From: Candidatus Poribacteria bacterium
GTDB taxonomy: Bacteria > Poribacteria > WGA-4E > JAJDTR01
Reading direction: 5' to 3'
DNA: 64,000 nt
Assembly (NCBI GenBank): GCA_028820655.1
Contig: JAPPIK010000006.1
Location: 183,427 to 247,426 of the forward strand
Under the pieces are notes generated by a model. The model was not told the origin of the DNA. It worked only from the letters and a program-made list of their open reading frames with translations, and made no database searches. Shown piece after piece: positions 20,210 through 31,205 of the stretch (positions are counted from its first letter, which is position 1; each line of letters begins with the position of its first letter). The translations under genes were made by a program, and so were the position numbers.

Positions 20210-21592
20210 ATGCCTCGATATAGCATTCAGAACAAAATCGTTTTGCCGTTCCTTGTACTTTTCATGGCCGTTCTGATTGTTGTTCCGCTCATTACCATCG
20301 CACTATTTGATCGAACATACAATAGGCAGTTCAGCCGTGAAACGGAGGGATGGCTGAAGGTCATCAAGGAAACGGGATACGTTGAAAGACCGGATCAGGT
20401 GCAACAGGCGTACGGCGTGGAAGTTATGGTTTTCGGCGCAAGCAACGCTCTGAATTTCACCTCACTGGACGATTTATCGGATGACGGTATGGTCAATCTG
20501 ACAACCTATATGAAGTTGCGGGAGGCGCGACAGAAAATAACAGAATCGGGTGACACCCTCGTATCGCAAAACGTCGTTCTTGACGGCATACCTTATAAAG
20601 TCATTTATGACTCACTCGCACAGGGGCGGCTTTACTGTTTGCTGCGTCCAATGGACGATATTGCGGTCGCCAGGCGTCGGTTGACATGGTTAATGTCGGG
20701 AATTGCCGTCGTCGTCATATCATTGGTTGCACTTACCAGCAATTTAGTTGGACGAAATCTCTCAAATCCGATAAAAAATTTGGTGCAGTTTACGCGGCAG
20801 GTCGCCGCAGGCAAGCTAGATGGGCAGTGCAACGTGAAGAGTGACGATGAGATTGGCGATTTAACGACTGCCTTCAATCAAATGACACGTGACCTGCGGG
20901 ATTCGCGGAACGAGCTTATCCGCGCCGAACGGCTTGCCACCGCGGGACGGATGGCGGCGTCATTTGCTCACGAAATTCGGAATCCGTTGTCCTCTATGCG
21001 GATGCTAACCCAGATGTTGATTCAGAGGAAGGACGTGCCGCCCTCAAAACGCGAACAATCGATGGGTTATATTCTTGAGGAGATTGGACGTATTGATGTT
21101 ATCGTCAAAGGATTCATGGATTTTGCGCGCCCGACGGCTCTCGAACTTGCGTCGCACGACCTCAATGATGCGCTTGAAGAGGTGCTCAACCTTATGGAAG
21201 CGAACTTGAACCATCACCAGATTACGCTTGTCAAGAAATTTGACTCGGAACTCTCCCCAATACGGGTTGACCGGGACAAGCTAAAACAGGGGTTCATGAA
21301 CATCATGCTGAATGCAATAGAGGCGATGGCGGAGGGAGGGACCGTTGAGGTAGAGACCTCACGGCATGAGGATCGAGTTCAAGTGGATGTCCTCGATACA
21401 GGATTCGGTATACCGGCGGAAGATGTGGAGCAATTGTTTGAACCGTTTTTCACCACCAAGGTACAGGGATCGGGACTTGGGCTGCCGAACACAAAAAGGA
21501 TTATGGAGCAACACGGCGGAGGGGTGACCATCAAGAGTGCTGAAGGCGAGGGGACGAGAGTGTCTTTTTGGCTTCCTTTAAAGCCTAATTGA
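20210..21592 (+). CDS. Sensor histidine kinase (TM - HAMP - HisKA - HATPase_c)
   Basis: H-box FAHEIRNPL. N box NIMLNAIEA. G1 DTGFGIP. G2 GSGLGL. Two TM segments flank a periplasmic domain. Confidence 0.88.
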   Translation: MPRYSIQNKIVLPFLVLFMAVLIVVPLITIALFDRTYNRQFSRETEGWLKVIKETGYVERPDQVQQAYGVEVMVFGASNALNFTSLDDLSDDGMVNLTTYMKLREARQKITESGDTLVSQNVVLDGIPYKVIYDSLAQGRLYCLLRPMDDIAVARRRLTWLMSGIAVVVISLVALTSNLVGRNLSNPIKNLVQFTRQVAAGKLDGQCNVKSDDEIGDLTTAFNQMTRDLRDSRNELIRAERLATAGRMAASFAHEIRNPLSSMRMLTQMLIQRKDVPPSKREQSMGYILEEIGRIDVIVKGFMDFARPTALELASHDLNDALEEVLNLMEANLNHHQITLVKKFDSELSPIRVDRDKLKQGFMNIMLNAIEAMAEGGTVEVETSRHEDRVQVDVLDTGFGIPAEDVEQLFEPFFTTKVQGSGLGLPNTKRIMEQHGGGVTIKSAEGEGTRVSFWLPLKPN

Positions 21593-21801
21593 ACAAGGGG
21601 TACAAAATCCGTAAACGGTCATTTGAGGAATGTTTTTTCAGGTTGTCAAAGTTGCATGCGTGTGGAATCTTAATCGCACTCCTTGTTTATGTGGTCGATT
21701 TCCGGCTACGGGGTAGTGCGAAAAGTAGCTGGTGGTATCAGTCTCTCCACCGTAAAACGGTTGGATAACTCAAGAGTTAACGTTTTTCAAATGAAATGAC
21801 A

Positions 21802-24555
21802 TTATTTGTGGATTCTCGCCGAATTCGCAAATAGTTTCTTGGCTTTTTGTCGGTTTAACGGAAGCACCGCGAGAACGCAAAACGCGCCGACCCATTGCCA
21901 TTCCCCCAACCTCAGTGGGGCTGTTCCGAAAATATTGGCTGCGGGTTCATGGTAAATAACTGCCGTATGCAGTCCCAAACAGACGAGAATGGCGGAGAGC
22001 AAGGGGAGGTTTGCCGCCATTCTTTGGGGGAGCGACTCCCATGCATAACGACGGCGCTGGAAGTTGGAGAGCAATTGGGTGAAGATGAGAATGGTACACG
22101 TTGTGGATTGTGCCACCATTTGAGTCTGCGCCCAACTCGCGGATCTCGGCCCGATGGTCACCAAGAATCCCGCAATCGCGAATGCGCTCATGAACAAACC
22201 GCGCAGCAAATCGGCACGCCAAGGGGTGTGCAGGAACGGTGGAATTTTCTGAAGTCTACGGTACTTGAATTGCTCCTGAATTCGGTCGCGTCCCAAGAAG
22301 CCAAGCGGAATCACGTTCACGAGTAGATGAATCCAGACAATCTGAAGAAGAGTCAGCGGCATAGGAAAACCGTACAGTCGATGCAACGCTAAACCGGCAA
22401 CGAGCGTGAACAATTGGGCAAGAGTGCACGAAAGCAGCCACCGCATTGAGTATCTCAGATTGTCACACGCCTCACGCGCGTGGTGCAACAACGCCTCAAT
22501 TACCGAAAATCCGTCCTTAAGCACGAGACAATGTGCGTGTTGTTGTACTGCGTGACATGCATGCGATGCCGAAGCCAGACTCAGGTCCGCCGCTTTCATG
22601 GCGCCCACGTCCCTCGGACTCCGCCCTAAAAAACCCAATGTATATCCGTGCCGTGCCAAGTGTTGCGTAATTTTCAGCGTCTGTGCAGCGGAAAGTTTGC
22701 AATATACCAAGCTGCGACTGACGACAGAATCGTAATCTTCACCATGGATGTCAAAATCGAATCTCTCCGCGATTGCATTTCTGTCCTGCGTTATCCCGAT
22801 TTCTTTGGCGAGCTCTGTAGCCGCCCGCGAATCCAAGTCGGTGCTAACTACTACCTTGACACCCGCATCCATGCAGGATTCAACGGCTTCCCTGGATTCT
22901 TTGTGGATGGATGATGAAAGTGCCACCAGCCCCAAAAACGTGGCACCGCGTTTTATATCGCGCTGAAATCCGGCGGCACCGAAAATCCTATGCGCAACCC
23001 CAAAGACATGTGCTCCTCTACTTTGTAGATGTTTGGTTACCTGCCGAATCAACTCTGATTGATCCGAAGAAATCTCGTACGTAGTGCCTTGGTCCTGGAC
23101 TGATCGACAATCCAAAAGCACCGCCCCCGGATTACCGAGGATTATCTCCAGACGTTTCTCGCCTTCAGTGTTAAACACAAATCCTTGATAGGGATGATTC
23201 GGCGTCTCGGGGATTTCATCTATCAAGGGTAGTTCGGTGTCATAACGCTTGAGATCGAAGCCAATCCGATTAGCGACTTCTTTAAGAGCCGTGTATATAT
23301 CTTCGCCCGCCGAATTGGCGTGCCGGTAACGTCTACCGCTAGCACATCGACTGGCAGCCAATATCAACAATGGAAATCCGTAAGGTACTTGGGACTCCGG
23401 CGGCGGAACAGGAAGGGTGTTCTCGTCCGCGTCGCCGGATGCCTCGTCCAGGTCTGCAATCCACTGTTCCCAAGCGGCTTGCTCAATCAACTGCTCGTCG
23501 ACGAACACATGAGAAAGCGAAAGACTTGCCTGCGTGACAGTGCCAATCTCGTCTACACAAACCGCATTGAGGTTATTCAGTTTCTCTAGGGTATCCAAGC
23601 GCTGTATAGCAACCCCTTTTTTCAGTAGTTTCTCGGCACTGTCGGCAAGAATCGACCAGGTCATCGACGCAATGCCGTCCGGGACGGATGCGATAGCAAA
23701 TCCCAATCCCAAAAGAAAAAGTTGCATCCATTCCAATCGGACATCGGCGGTTCTGGTCAGTGCCCAAGTAATAGCAACGGCAACCGTGGCGGCGATCAAA
23801 CCCGTAAAGCTGAAATAGTTGTAGAAACGGCGCATCTGCCTCTCGGCTTCCGTGCAAGGGTCGGAAGGAATAGACGGCTGTCTACCGTTTATCTGGAGTT
23901 CAAGATTTTTGCCAGTCTTCACCACGATCACCCGGCCATGGCCCTCCACCACGTACGTTCCCCCAAATACCATATTTCTCTGCTTTTCGGGTGGAACAGT
24001 AGCACTTTCCAGCGCATCTTCAGCACTTTTCTGGACAGATATCGCTCCATCGAACAGTCGTGATTCATCAATACCAAGCGAGTCCGTCTCGACAACGCGA
24101 GCATCGGCGGGGACATAGTCTCCTTCATTAAGGATAAGCAAATCTCCCGGCACAATGTCTTTTGGAAATAGCTTGGTAAGCACGCCGCCGCGAATAACGG
24201 ATACGTGTATGTTCACGTGTTTTCGGATGGTTTGAAGTTGATTACGAGCCTTGGTTACCAGGGCAAACCTCCAAACGACCTGGAATCCAAGAATGGCAAA
24301 GATCACGATGGCTTCGTGAACCGCCTGCTGAGAATACCATAGTGCGGCAGCGGCAACCGCCAACAGTAACACCGGTATGTTAGCAATTTGCCTCAGGAGA
24401 AGTAAAGACAGGCGGGGTATAGGTAAAGAGTCAAATCCATTGTCGCCATAACGCTGATGTCGGGCTCTCGCCGCATCATTGGTTAGTCCACGCTCAAGAT
24501 CTGTCGCTAACGCGTGCAAGATATGCGGAATCGTCTGGGCATGCCAGTCTGACAT
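21802..24555 (-). CDS. P-type ATPase homologue with degenerate catalytic motifs (likely non-catalytic)
   Basis: 917 aa with P-type topology. Signature motifs altered: TGES->FDGA, PEGLP->PDGIA, DKTGT->DEIGT, TGD->TDL, GDGxND->GRSPRD. Confidence 0.7.
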   Translation of the reverse strand: MSDWHAQTIPHILHALATDLERGLTNDAARARHQRYGDNGFDSLPIPRLSLLLLRQIANIPVLLLAVAAAALWYSQQAVHEAIVIFAILGFQVVWRFALVTKARNQLQTIRKHVNIHVSVIRGGVLTKLFPKDIVPGDLLILNEGDYVPADARVVETDSLGIDESRLFDGAISVQKSAEDALESATVPPEKQRNMVFGGTYVVEGHGRVIVVKTGKNLELQINGRQPSIPSDPCTEAERQMRRFYNYFSFTGLIAATVAVAITWALTRTADVRLEWMQLFLLGLGFAIASVPDGIASMTWSILADSAEKLLKKGVAIQRLDTLEKLNNLNAVCVDEIGTVTQASLSLSHVFVDEQLIEQAAWEQWIADLDEASGDADENTLPVPPPESQVPYGFPLLILAASRCASGRRYRHANSAGEDIYTALKEVANRIGFDLKRYDTELPLIDEIPETPNHPYQGFVFNTEGEKRLEIILGNPGAVLLDCRSVQDQGTTYEISSDQSELIRQVTKHLQSRGAHVFGVAHRIFGAAGFQRDIKRGATFLGLVALSSSIHKESREAVESCMDAGVKVVVSTDLDSRAATELAKEIGITQDRNAIAERFDFDIHGEDYDSVVSRSLVYCKLSAAQTLKITQHLARHGYTLGFLGRSPRDVGAMKAADLSLASASHACHAVQQHAHCLVLKDGFSVIEALLHHAREACDNLRYSMRWLLSCTLAQLFTLVAGLALHRLYGFPMPLTLLQIVWIHLLVNVIPLGFLGRDRIQEQFKYRRLQKIPPFLHTPWRADLLRGLFMSAFAIAGFLVTIGPRSASWAQTQMVAQSTTCTILIFTQLLSNFQRRRYAWESLPQRMAANLPLLSAILVCLGLHTAVIYHEPAANIFGTAPLRLGEWQWVGAFCVLAVLPLNRQKAKKLFANSARIHK

Positions 24556-24958
24556 ATTTGACTCAACCTGTAGGCTGGGGGCGGTTTGATCTCAGTTCAC
24601 GATGGACTGGGGAATCTTCTTGAAGATTCTTGGGGAGCTAACACTCAATTGAAAGATAAGCGGCAAACCAGTATTCGGCATTAGAGTTGAGTCTAATGCG
24701 CGTGCAACGCGCAGGGAGACGGCGGGCAACACGAAAGGAAACCGACAGCCTTTACTCACATCGTTGAAAATGGAATACGGTTGACGGCCGCCAATCAATT
24801 TCTATCGCAGCCCAAACCTCGCTGCGTGCCGTTATCCGCTAGCTTGAGTCAATCCCGCCATCAATTCCAACCTGAAAAAACTAGACCGGACGTGCAAGGA
24901 CTGGGATGTCTTCAAGAAAAGAGCGAGCATCGACAAACCGATGATTGAAAAGATGCTT

Positions 24959-25891
24959 TCAGACAGACCCTAGGCTTGTCGATTGGATGAGTTGTACGGT
25001 TGCCCCGGTTGTATCAATGGACAAAATCTTGACATCACAGACAACTTCATGGCGGGCGAATGCCTGAGACATCTTCTCGGCAACTTTGTGCATGGCGGAT
25101 ATGCAGTAAGCGGCAACAGTTGGCCCTGCACCGCTCAATGCAACGCTCAACGCGCCAGCCTGTTTTGCCGCTTCCGCAATCTCATCGAAACCCGATATCA
25201 ATGGTATACGGTAGGGTTGATGCAGTCGATCATCCATCGCTTCGGATAACATCCCGAAATTACCGGTGGCAACGGCGGCAACAAGCAGTGAGCTACGACT
25301 CACATTAAACGCGGCGTCCTTGAATTCCACCGATTTGGGCAAAATTTGGCGTGCGTCTTTGGTTGAAATCGGGAAGTCCGGAATCGCCACCACCACCTGT
25401 AGACGTGAAGCACAATCCAACTTAATCGTGTGGACAACATCAGAGTCCGTCACGGAAACAACGAATCCACCCAATAACGATGCAGCTACATTGTCCGGGT
25501 GTCCTTCAATTTCGCAAGCAAAATTGAGGAGTTCGGATTGTGAAAATGGTTCACCACAGAGTGCGTTTGCGGTAAGTAAGCCGCCAAGGATAGCGGTGCC
25601 GCTACCCCCTAATCCGCGGAGTGCCGGTATCCCGTTGGTTAGAACTAATCTGAGCCCTTTAGGACAGTTTCCGCTGCGTTCAAATACTAGCTCTGCGGCT
25701 TGAAGGCTTATGTTTTCGGATGTGCTGGGAATCTTATTGGCGTCGATTCCCGATACAACGACTTCCCTGCCACTTCCCGTTTCTTCCAACTCGACCGTGC
25801 TATACAGTTGGAGTGCCAATCCGAGCACATCAAAACCCGGTCCAAGGTTTGTCGTACTTGCAGGAACACGCGCTATTGCTTTACGAGACAT
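24959..25891 (-). CDS. thrB: Homoserine kinase
   Basis: GHMP kinase motif PASTTNLGPGFDVLGLAL and LSGAGPTV. Length 310 aa. Confidence 0.85.
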   Translation of the reverse strand: MSRKAIARVPASTTNLGPGFDVLGLALQLYSTVELEETGSGREVVVSGIDANKIPSTSENISLQAAELVFERSGNCPKGLRLVLTNGIPALRGLGGSGTAILGGLLTANALCGEPFSQSELLNFACEIEGHPDNVAASLLGGFVVSVTDSDVVHTIKLDCASRLQVVVAIPDFPISTKDARQILPKSVEFKDAAFNVSRSSLLVAAVATGNFGMLSEAMDDRLHQPYRIPLISGFDEIAEAAKQAGALSVALSGAGPTVAAYCISAMHKVAEKMSQAFARHEVVCDVKILSIDTTGATVQLIQSTSLGSV

Positions 25892-25895
25892 ACAC

Positions 25896-27062
25896 CTAGG
25901 CTATCTTTGCAATTCCCGCGTTCATACGCTCTAGAGCTTCATTGATGTTTTCAAGGGAATTTGCGTACGAAAGTCTCAAATACCCGTCGCCGTATTTACC
26001 GAACGCTGTTCCCGGCAACAGCGCGACGCCAGCCTCACTGAGCAGATAATCGGCGAGGTCGCCGCAAGAAAGGGGGAGTTGCGTCACATTAGGAAACACG
26101 TAAAAGGCTCCGAGCGGCTTGCGACAACTGATTCCTTCAATCGCGTTCAGACCGTCGACGATAGCGTCACGTCGAGTCTTGAATTCGGCAGCCATGTTCC
26201 CCACAAAGTCTTGCGGCCCTTTGAGAGCCTCGATACCCGCAATTTGAATGAACGTCGTCGTACAAGAATTGGAGTTAATCGTCAACTGGGTAATCTTATC
26301 AGCCATAGGCTTCGGCGCAATGCCGTAGCCAAGTCTCCACCCCGTCATTGCGTAGGTCTTTGAGTGTCCCTCGATCATGATTGTCCGTTCTTTCATGCCG
26401 GGCCGATTGATCACACTGTCGTGAGTTCCTTCGTAGAGTAAGCGGGAGTAGACTTCATCGGTGAGGACGTAGAAATCGTGCTTCACCGCCAATTCCGAGA
26501 TTGCATCAAGGTCCTCTTTCAATAGAATCCCGCCTGTCGGATTCTGGGGCGAATTGATAATCAACAGTTTTGTTTTATCGGAAATCGATTGAACAAGGTC
26601 GTCAATGCGAAATCGGAAATCTACGTCCTCGCGGAGTGGGAGCGCTACGGGAGTAGCGCCGATGAAGTTGATAACGGACTCATAGATTGGGAATCCCGGT
26701 TCCGGATAGATAACTTCGTCGCCCTCGTCAGCTAAAGCCAAGATGGTAAAGAACATGATCGGTTTGGCGCCGGGCGTCACCGTAACCTCGTCCGGGTGAA
26801 TCGCGACACCCCGCGTTTCCGAGATATGTTCAGCCACGACCTCGCGAAACTCCAGCATTCCCGCAGACGGACCGTAACCCGTGTGCCCATCCTTCATAGC
26901 CTTGAAGGCGGCCTCGCAGATGTTCATTGGTGTTATGAAGTCGGGTTGTCCAATCTCAAGATGAATAATGTCTCGTCCCTGTGTTTCGAGGGCTTTCGCT
27001 TTCGCGAGCACCTCGAACGCTGACTCAGTTCCCAGACGGTCCATACGAGCCGCAAAATCCAT
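25896..27062 (-). CDS. Class I/II pyridoxal-phosphate aminotransferase (aspartate aminotransferase-like)
   Basis: 388 aa. INSPQNPTG and SKTYAMTGWRLGY (PLP-Lys region) motifs. Confidence 0.85.
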   Translation of the reverse strand: MDFAARMDRLGTESAFEVLAKAKALETQGRDIIHLEIGQPDFITPMNICEAAFKAMKDGHTGYGPSAGMLEFREVVAEHISETRGVAIHPDEVTVTPGAKPIMFFTILALADEGDEVIYPEPGFPIYESVINFIGATPVALPLREDVDFRFRIDDLVQSISDKTKLLIINSPQNPTGGILLKEDLDAISELAVKHDFYVLTDEVYSRLLYEGTHDSVINRPGMKERTIMIEGHSKTYAMTGWRLGYGIAPKPMADKITQLTINSNSCTTTFIQIAGIEALKGPQDFVGNMAAEFKTRRDAIVDGLNAIEGISCRKPLGAFYVFPNVTQLPLSCGDLADYLLSEAGVALLPGTAFGKYGDGYLRLSYANSLENINEALERMNAGIAKIA

Positions 27063-27213
27063 TCGGTTGTCTTCCCCCTAACGCGAATTATGAATGTGTG
27101 CCGCACTCACATACGACACACGAAACTATAACAGGCTTGTTCTACCGTTGCTTGAAAAACGCGCGCACATTACCGGAGGCACGGTTTTCGTTGCGGTTAA
27201 CATCTGAACAGGT

Positions 27214-28245
27214 TTACCTATACTGCATGACCAGACCATTGTTGCCTGTCACCCAAGCTCTTTCACCTCTTATGAAGATGTCCTTCACGGGAATTTTGGC
27301 TACGTCAGGCTCACTTAATTCCTGTGTTTGCCACGTTTTCCCGCCATCCGTCGTGTGGATAATCGCTGTCACGCCGAAGTCGCCTCCGACTGCCCAACCG
27401 ACGGTCTCGCTCGCGAACTGGACACTCAAGAGGTGTTCCTCAGTACCGCTGGACTGGCTTTCCCACGTATCTCCGCCATCGGTGGTATTGAGTATGACCC
27501 CGTTTTCCCCGACCGCCCATCCTATCGAGTGGTTAACGAAGAACACGTCTTTCAAGATATCTTCGATGTGGGTTGGCTGGTCTATCCAATTTGCGCCGCC
27601 ATCGACGGTTTTCTGGATCAACCCGTCTTGGCCTCCCGTGCGTGGACTGAGTCGTACGCCAACCACCCAACCCGTGGAATCATCGACAAATTGAACCCCG
27701 TTGAAGACACTCGTATCGTCTTCGCCGACTCCACTGCCGGCTTGCCCGCCGCGCAGAATCTTCCACGTATTTCCGCCATTCCCCGTTTGAAGAATGGTCT
27801 CGCCCATTCCGACCACAAAGCCGTTCGTCGGGCTGACAAAATAGACACTATATAGGTCGTTCCCTACTTTGCTAGTTTGAATGTCCCAACGTCTGCCGCC
27901 GTCCTTGGTGGCGACAATCGTGCCCTCGGCGCCAATCGCCCATCCGTGTTTGTTATCGTAAAAGTAAATGGCCGACAGGTTTTTGTTGACGTCAACCTCA
28001 GCCTTCGACCAAGTTCTGCCGCCGTCTTTTGTGTGACCGATGAACCCCGGGTAGTCCATTTCAAGGACAGAACTTCCCACGACCCAGCCTTCTTTTGAAC
28101 TTGTGAACGCAATCGAGAAGTAATCCCTTATTTCGGGGTCCTGCTTCTGCATCACGCCCCATTCGCCGTGTGCGTAACCTTTGCCAAAGCTAGTTATGAG
28201 CAACACAATGACTCCGATTTGAAGCCATCCCCGTTGGTATATCAT
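27214..28245 (-). CDS. Secreted BNR/Asp-box repeat beta-propeller protein (Ycf48-like)
   Basis: Six S/T-x-D-G-G-x-T/N-W repeats (DGGRTW, DGGRRW, NGGNTW, DGGANW, DGGDTW, DGGKTW). Signal peptide. Confidence 0.8.
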   Translation of the reverse strand: MIYQRGWLQIGVIVLLITSFGKGYAHGEWGVMQKQDPEIRDYFSIAFTSSKEGWVVGSSVLEMDYPGFIGHTKDGGRTWSKAEVDVNKNLSAIYFYDNKHGWAIGAEGTIVATKDGGRRWDIQTSKVGNDLYSVYFVSPTNGFVVGMGETILQTGNGGNTWKILRGGQAGSGVGEDDTSVFNGVQFVDDSTGWVVGVRLSPRTGGQDGLIQKTVDGGANWIDQPTHIEDILKDVFFVNHSIGWAVGENGVILNTTDGGDTWESQSSGTEEHLLSVQFASETVGWAVGGDFGVTAIIHTTDGGKTWQTQELSEPDVAKIPVKDIFIRGERAWVTGNNGLVMQYR

Positions 28246-28658
28246 TAGAACTTACTCCTTCCTTAATTTTGATTTTAGTATAGCACTCAATCAAAATTAG
28301 TGTCAATGTAAAAAACCTTAGTGATCAGGGCGCTTGCACTTGAATTCGGTAATCATGCGAGCCAAAAAGTTTCCGGAAATCAATTGAGATTTCCTAGTGT
28401 ATTTCGAGCGATCGATTGCCCCCTTAAGGACGGCGATAGAGATGCATGATAGCAACTGCGGCAGAGATCCTCGGCAGCCACAGAAATTGACATCCTTGAG
28501 AAATCTCTCGCGAATCATCAATCCGAAGAATGGTCTTCAAAAGGTAGATGAAAGGTTGGAAGTGCGAATGGATGGATGTGGGATTGACGATTGACGAGGA
28601 ATACTTATCGAAGAAATAAATCGGTGATTTCGTGCTCGGCGATCCTTATCCATTGATG

Positions 28659-30065
28659 CTATCTGGCGACAATTATCGTTCCCGTTTTGTAGCTGTCACC
28701 AATCTGCATCTGGTATACATAAACCCCACTTTCCACGACATCGCCCCTTTCGTCTTTACCATCCCATTCCAATTCCTTGTCGTCAGGACCTGCCCTCAAT
28801 TCTTTAACCATGGCTCCGTCAATATCGAAAATCAGTACAAAGAATTCACCCTCGGCTCCTTCGATCGCACGGGCGGGGAACACAATGCGGTTAAAGGCGG
28901 GATTGTCCGAAACAGGAAGGAACGGATTTGGCGCAGGGGAATCAAGAATACGATGTTGTTTAACCTTCCGAGTGGATTTGTTTTCAGCCTCGTCAATCGC
29001 TTCGACAGCATAGAAAAAGATACCGACTCCGAGTATACGATTGTCCGAGAACTCGTAGTCTTCGCGGTTACGGTCTGCCAGGACATCTCCGTTGACTAGG
29101 GGGCTCAATTGATTGGGCGAGGAACCAAACAGCACCCGGTATCTCGTCACGTCCGGGCTTGGACTGCGCGTCCACTTTACTTTGATCGCACTGCCGGCGC
29201 TTGTAAGTGTGAGGCCTTCAGGCGGTTGAGGCGGGGCGGTATCGGGATGCACGCTGATGCGTCGGACAGCTGAGCGTTCAGATCGCAAGAGCGGCGTCTT
29301 GTAGGCCTCGATTGAATACGCGCGGAGACCGCGTGGAACATCTACATCAAGGAAAACCGTCGATGATGGATCATCAACATCGGCTAATCTCTCACCATCG
29401 CGATAAATGAAGTACCCAATTACATCCGGATCCTCTGATTCGCCCCAACTGACGGTCACATCATTATCCCCCGCCGCATCTCTCTTAACCGTGAGCCCCT
29501 GGACGCCGGCGGGCGGCACATTTGGAATGACTTCGAGAGTGAAATCATCATTATTCAGTTTTCCATCCGCCTGCCCCGGCTTGATGAATTCCCCAATAGG
29601 CTGACCATCCACATTTCTGAGTCGGGCCTTGAAAGTCACGGTTTGGGTGACCGGACTGGGGGTCTGGCATTCAAACGTAATTTGATACACAGAGTTGCTA
29701 AAGTCGTCGATCGGCTGGGCGAAAACCACTCGCAGCGAATTCCCGCCGAATTCGGCCGACACCGTCTGGTTTACGCCATCGCGTTGAATCCAGCGAATAC
29801 TTGATGCCCTGGCGATAAATTCATTTGGCAATACGATCTCAATAGTCTGAATTTCCTCGCCCGGTTCAGCCTGAGACCGATCAATAATTATCGTGACGAT
29901 GAGGTCTACAGTCGAATTTGCAACGACGACCCCCTGATCGTCCCCCACGACGTTGATTTCACCCACCGAGGTAACCGCGGCATAACTGGTCGTTGCGGCA
30001 ATAAGCGTGAGAATCGAGATAAAGCTACCAATGAATCCGCGTTGTGTCTTCGTCATATATTTCAC
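28659..30065 (-). CDS. Secreted Ig/FN3-like repeat protein with T9SS C-terminal sorting domain
   Basis: Signal peptide. C-terminal ...FFVLIFDIDGAMVKELRAGP...GVYVYQMQIGDSYKTGTIIVAR typical of T9SS CTD. Confidence 0.65.
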   Translation of the reverse strand: MKYMTKTQRGFIGSFISILTLIAATTSYAAVTSVGEINVVGDDQGVVVANSTVDLIVTIIIDRSQAEPGEEIQTIEIVLPNEFIARASSIRWIQRDGVNQTVSAEFGGNSLRVVFAQPIDDFSNSVYQITFECQTPSPVTQTVTFKARLRNVDGQPIGEFIKPGQADGKLNNDDFTLEVIPNVPPAGVQGLTVKRDAAGDNDVTVSWGESEDPDVIGYFIYRDGERLADVDDPSSTVFLDVDVPRGLRAYSIEAYKTPLLRSERSAVRRISVHPDTAPPQPPEGLTLTSAGSAIKVKWTRSPSPDVTRYRVLFGSSPNQLSPLVNGDVLADRNREDYEFSDNRILGVGIFFYAVEAIDEAENKSTRKVKQHRILDSPAPNPFLPVSDNPAFNRIVFPARAIEGAEGEFFVLIFDIDGAMVKELRAGPDDKELEWDGKDERGDVVESGVYVYQMQIGDSYKTGTIIVAR

Positions 30066-30145
30066 CTAGAAAACCGTACGGGATTGGCCGTCAATACCAA
30101 ACCGAACAACTCCGTAATTTTGTTGCGATTCTGCATTCCTCTACG

Positions 30146-31093
30146 TCAGAATATTAGGTTAAACGATATGCGCTGTGTCGTATTGTCCCGAATGTCCCCC
30201 GTGAGGATTTGAAACGCATAATCTAGTTGTATGATTTTTGCAAGTCTCGCACTTCCTCCGATTGCGACAGTCGTTGCACTGCCGACGCCATTTTTTACGC
30301 CGTACCCGGCTCGGACGGCAATCGATTGATTCAGCCACACTTCCGCGCCGGCACGAACGAAATTTTCACCGTTTCGAACTTCCACCTCAGCAAGACCAAG
30401 TCCCGACCTCAGGATGTCACGCATTGATTCCTGCTCGGTACTTTCGGCTATTCCGGCGAGGCTGTACGCGAGACCGACACGTAAACGAACGGGAACACTA
30501 TCAGCGTCGGTTGAATCGAAAACACTAATATCGGCGGGCAGAAGGTTTTCACCCGACAATCCAAAGCTCAATCCCTCCGACGGTTTGACAATGATGCCGG
30601 CATCAGCGGAAAAAGCGGACGCAGAGGTGCCATTGTCCGCAAACAATTCTCTCACGAACCCCTCAGTCACATCAAAGTTCGTCCCGAACGACTTCAGGTT
30701 TAAGCCGACTGCAATATTCCGGGAAAGTGCCTTTCCGTAAGAGAGTTTGAAGGTCCGTTCCGTATAGATTTCCGAGTCTTCACTCAAGATTCCGATACTT
30801 GCTCCCAGCGTACCCGCGCCGCCGAGCGGCAGAACGCCGCCGAAATACTGGTAATTGACCAGCCCTTTGAATCGCTGCGCCAACGTTGCATTGAGATAAT
30901 TCGTATCAATGAATCCTAATCCGGCAGCGTTATAGTTCGCCGCGCTGCCATCATCGGCAAGTGCGACGAAGGCTCCTCCCATTCCGAGAGGACGTGCTCC
31001 CACTCCGATATCTCGAAACGCACCGATTGCGGCAGACGAGAAGGTGCAGGAGATTATCCCTATTGCGCAGACGGCAACTTTCAATTTCGCCAT
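30146..31093 (-). CDS. Outer-membrane beta-barrel protein, possibly PorV/PorP-like T9SS-associated
   Basis: Signal peptide, alternating amphipathic beta-strand pattern, C-terminal ...RISFNLIF aromatic terminus. Adjacent to a T9SS-CTD cargo gene. Confidence 0.5.
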   Translation of the reverse strand: MAKLKVAVCAIGIISCTFSSAAIGAFRDIGVGARPLGMGGAFVALADDGSAANYNAAGLGFIDTNYLNATLAQRFKGLVNYQYFGGVLPLGGAGTLGASIGILSEDSEIYTERTFKLSYGKALSRNIAVGLNLKSFGTNFDVTEGFVRELFADNGTSASAFSADAGIIVKPSEGLSFGLSGENLLPADISVFDSTDADSVPVRLRVGLAYSLAGIAESTEQESMRDILRSGLGLAEVEVRNGENFVRAGAEVWLNQSIAVRAGYGVKNGVGSATTVAIGGSARLAKIIQLDYAFQILTGDIRDNTTQRISFNLIF

Positions 31094-31205
31094 GTTTTGC
31101 TCCTTGATTGAGGTTCAGCGTCCCTGTATGCGATTCTGTTGCATCGGTATTCGTATTTCTTCACAGTTTGCGGCCCCACACCCGTTACAAACTCGTTCGA
31201 GAGTT

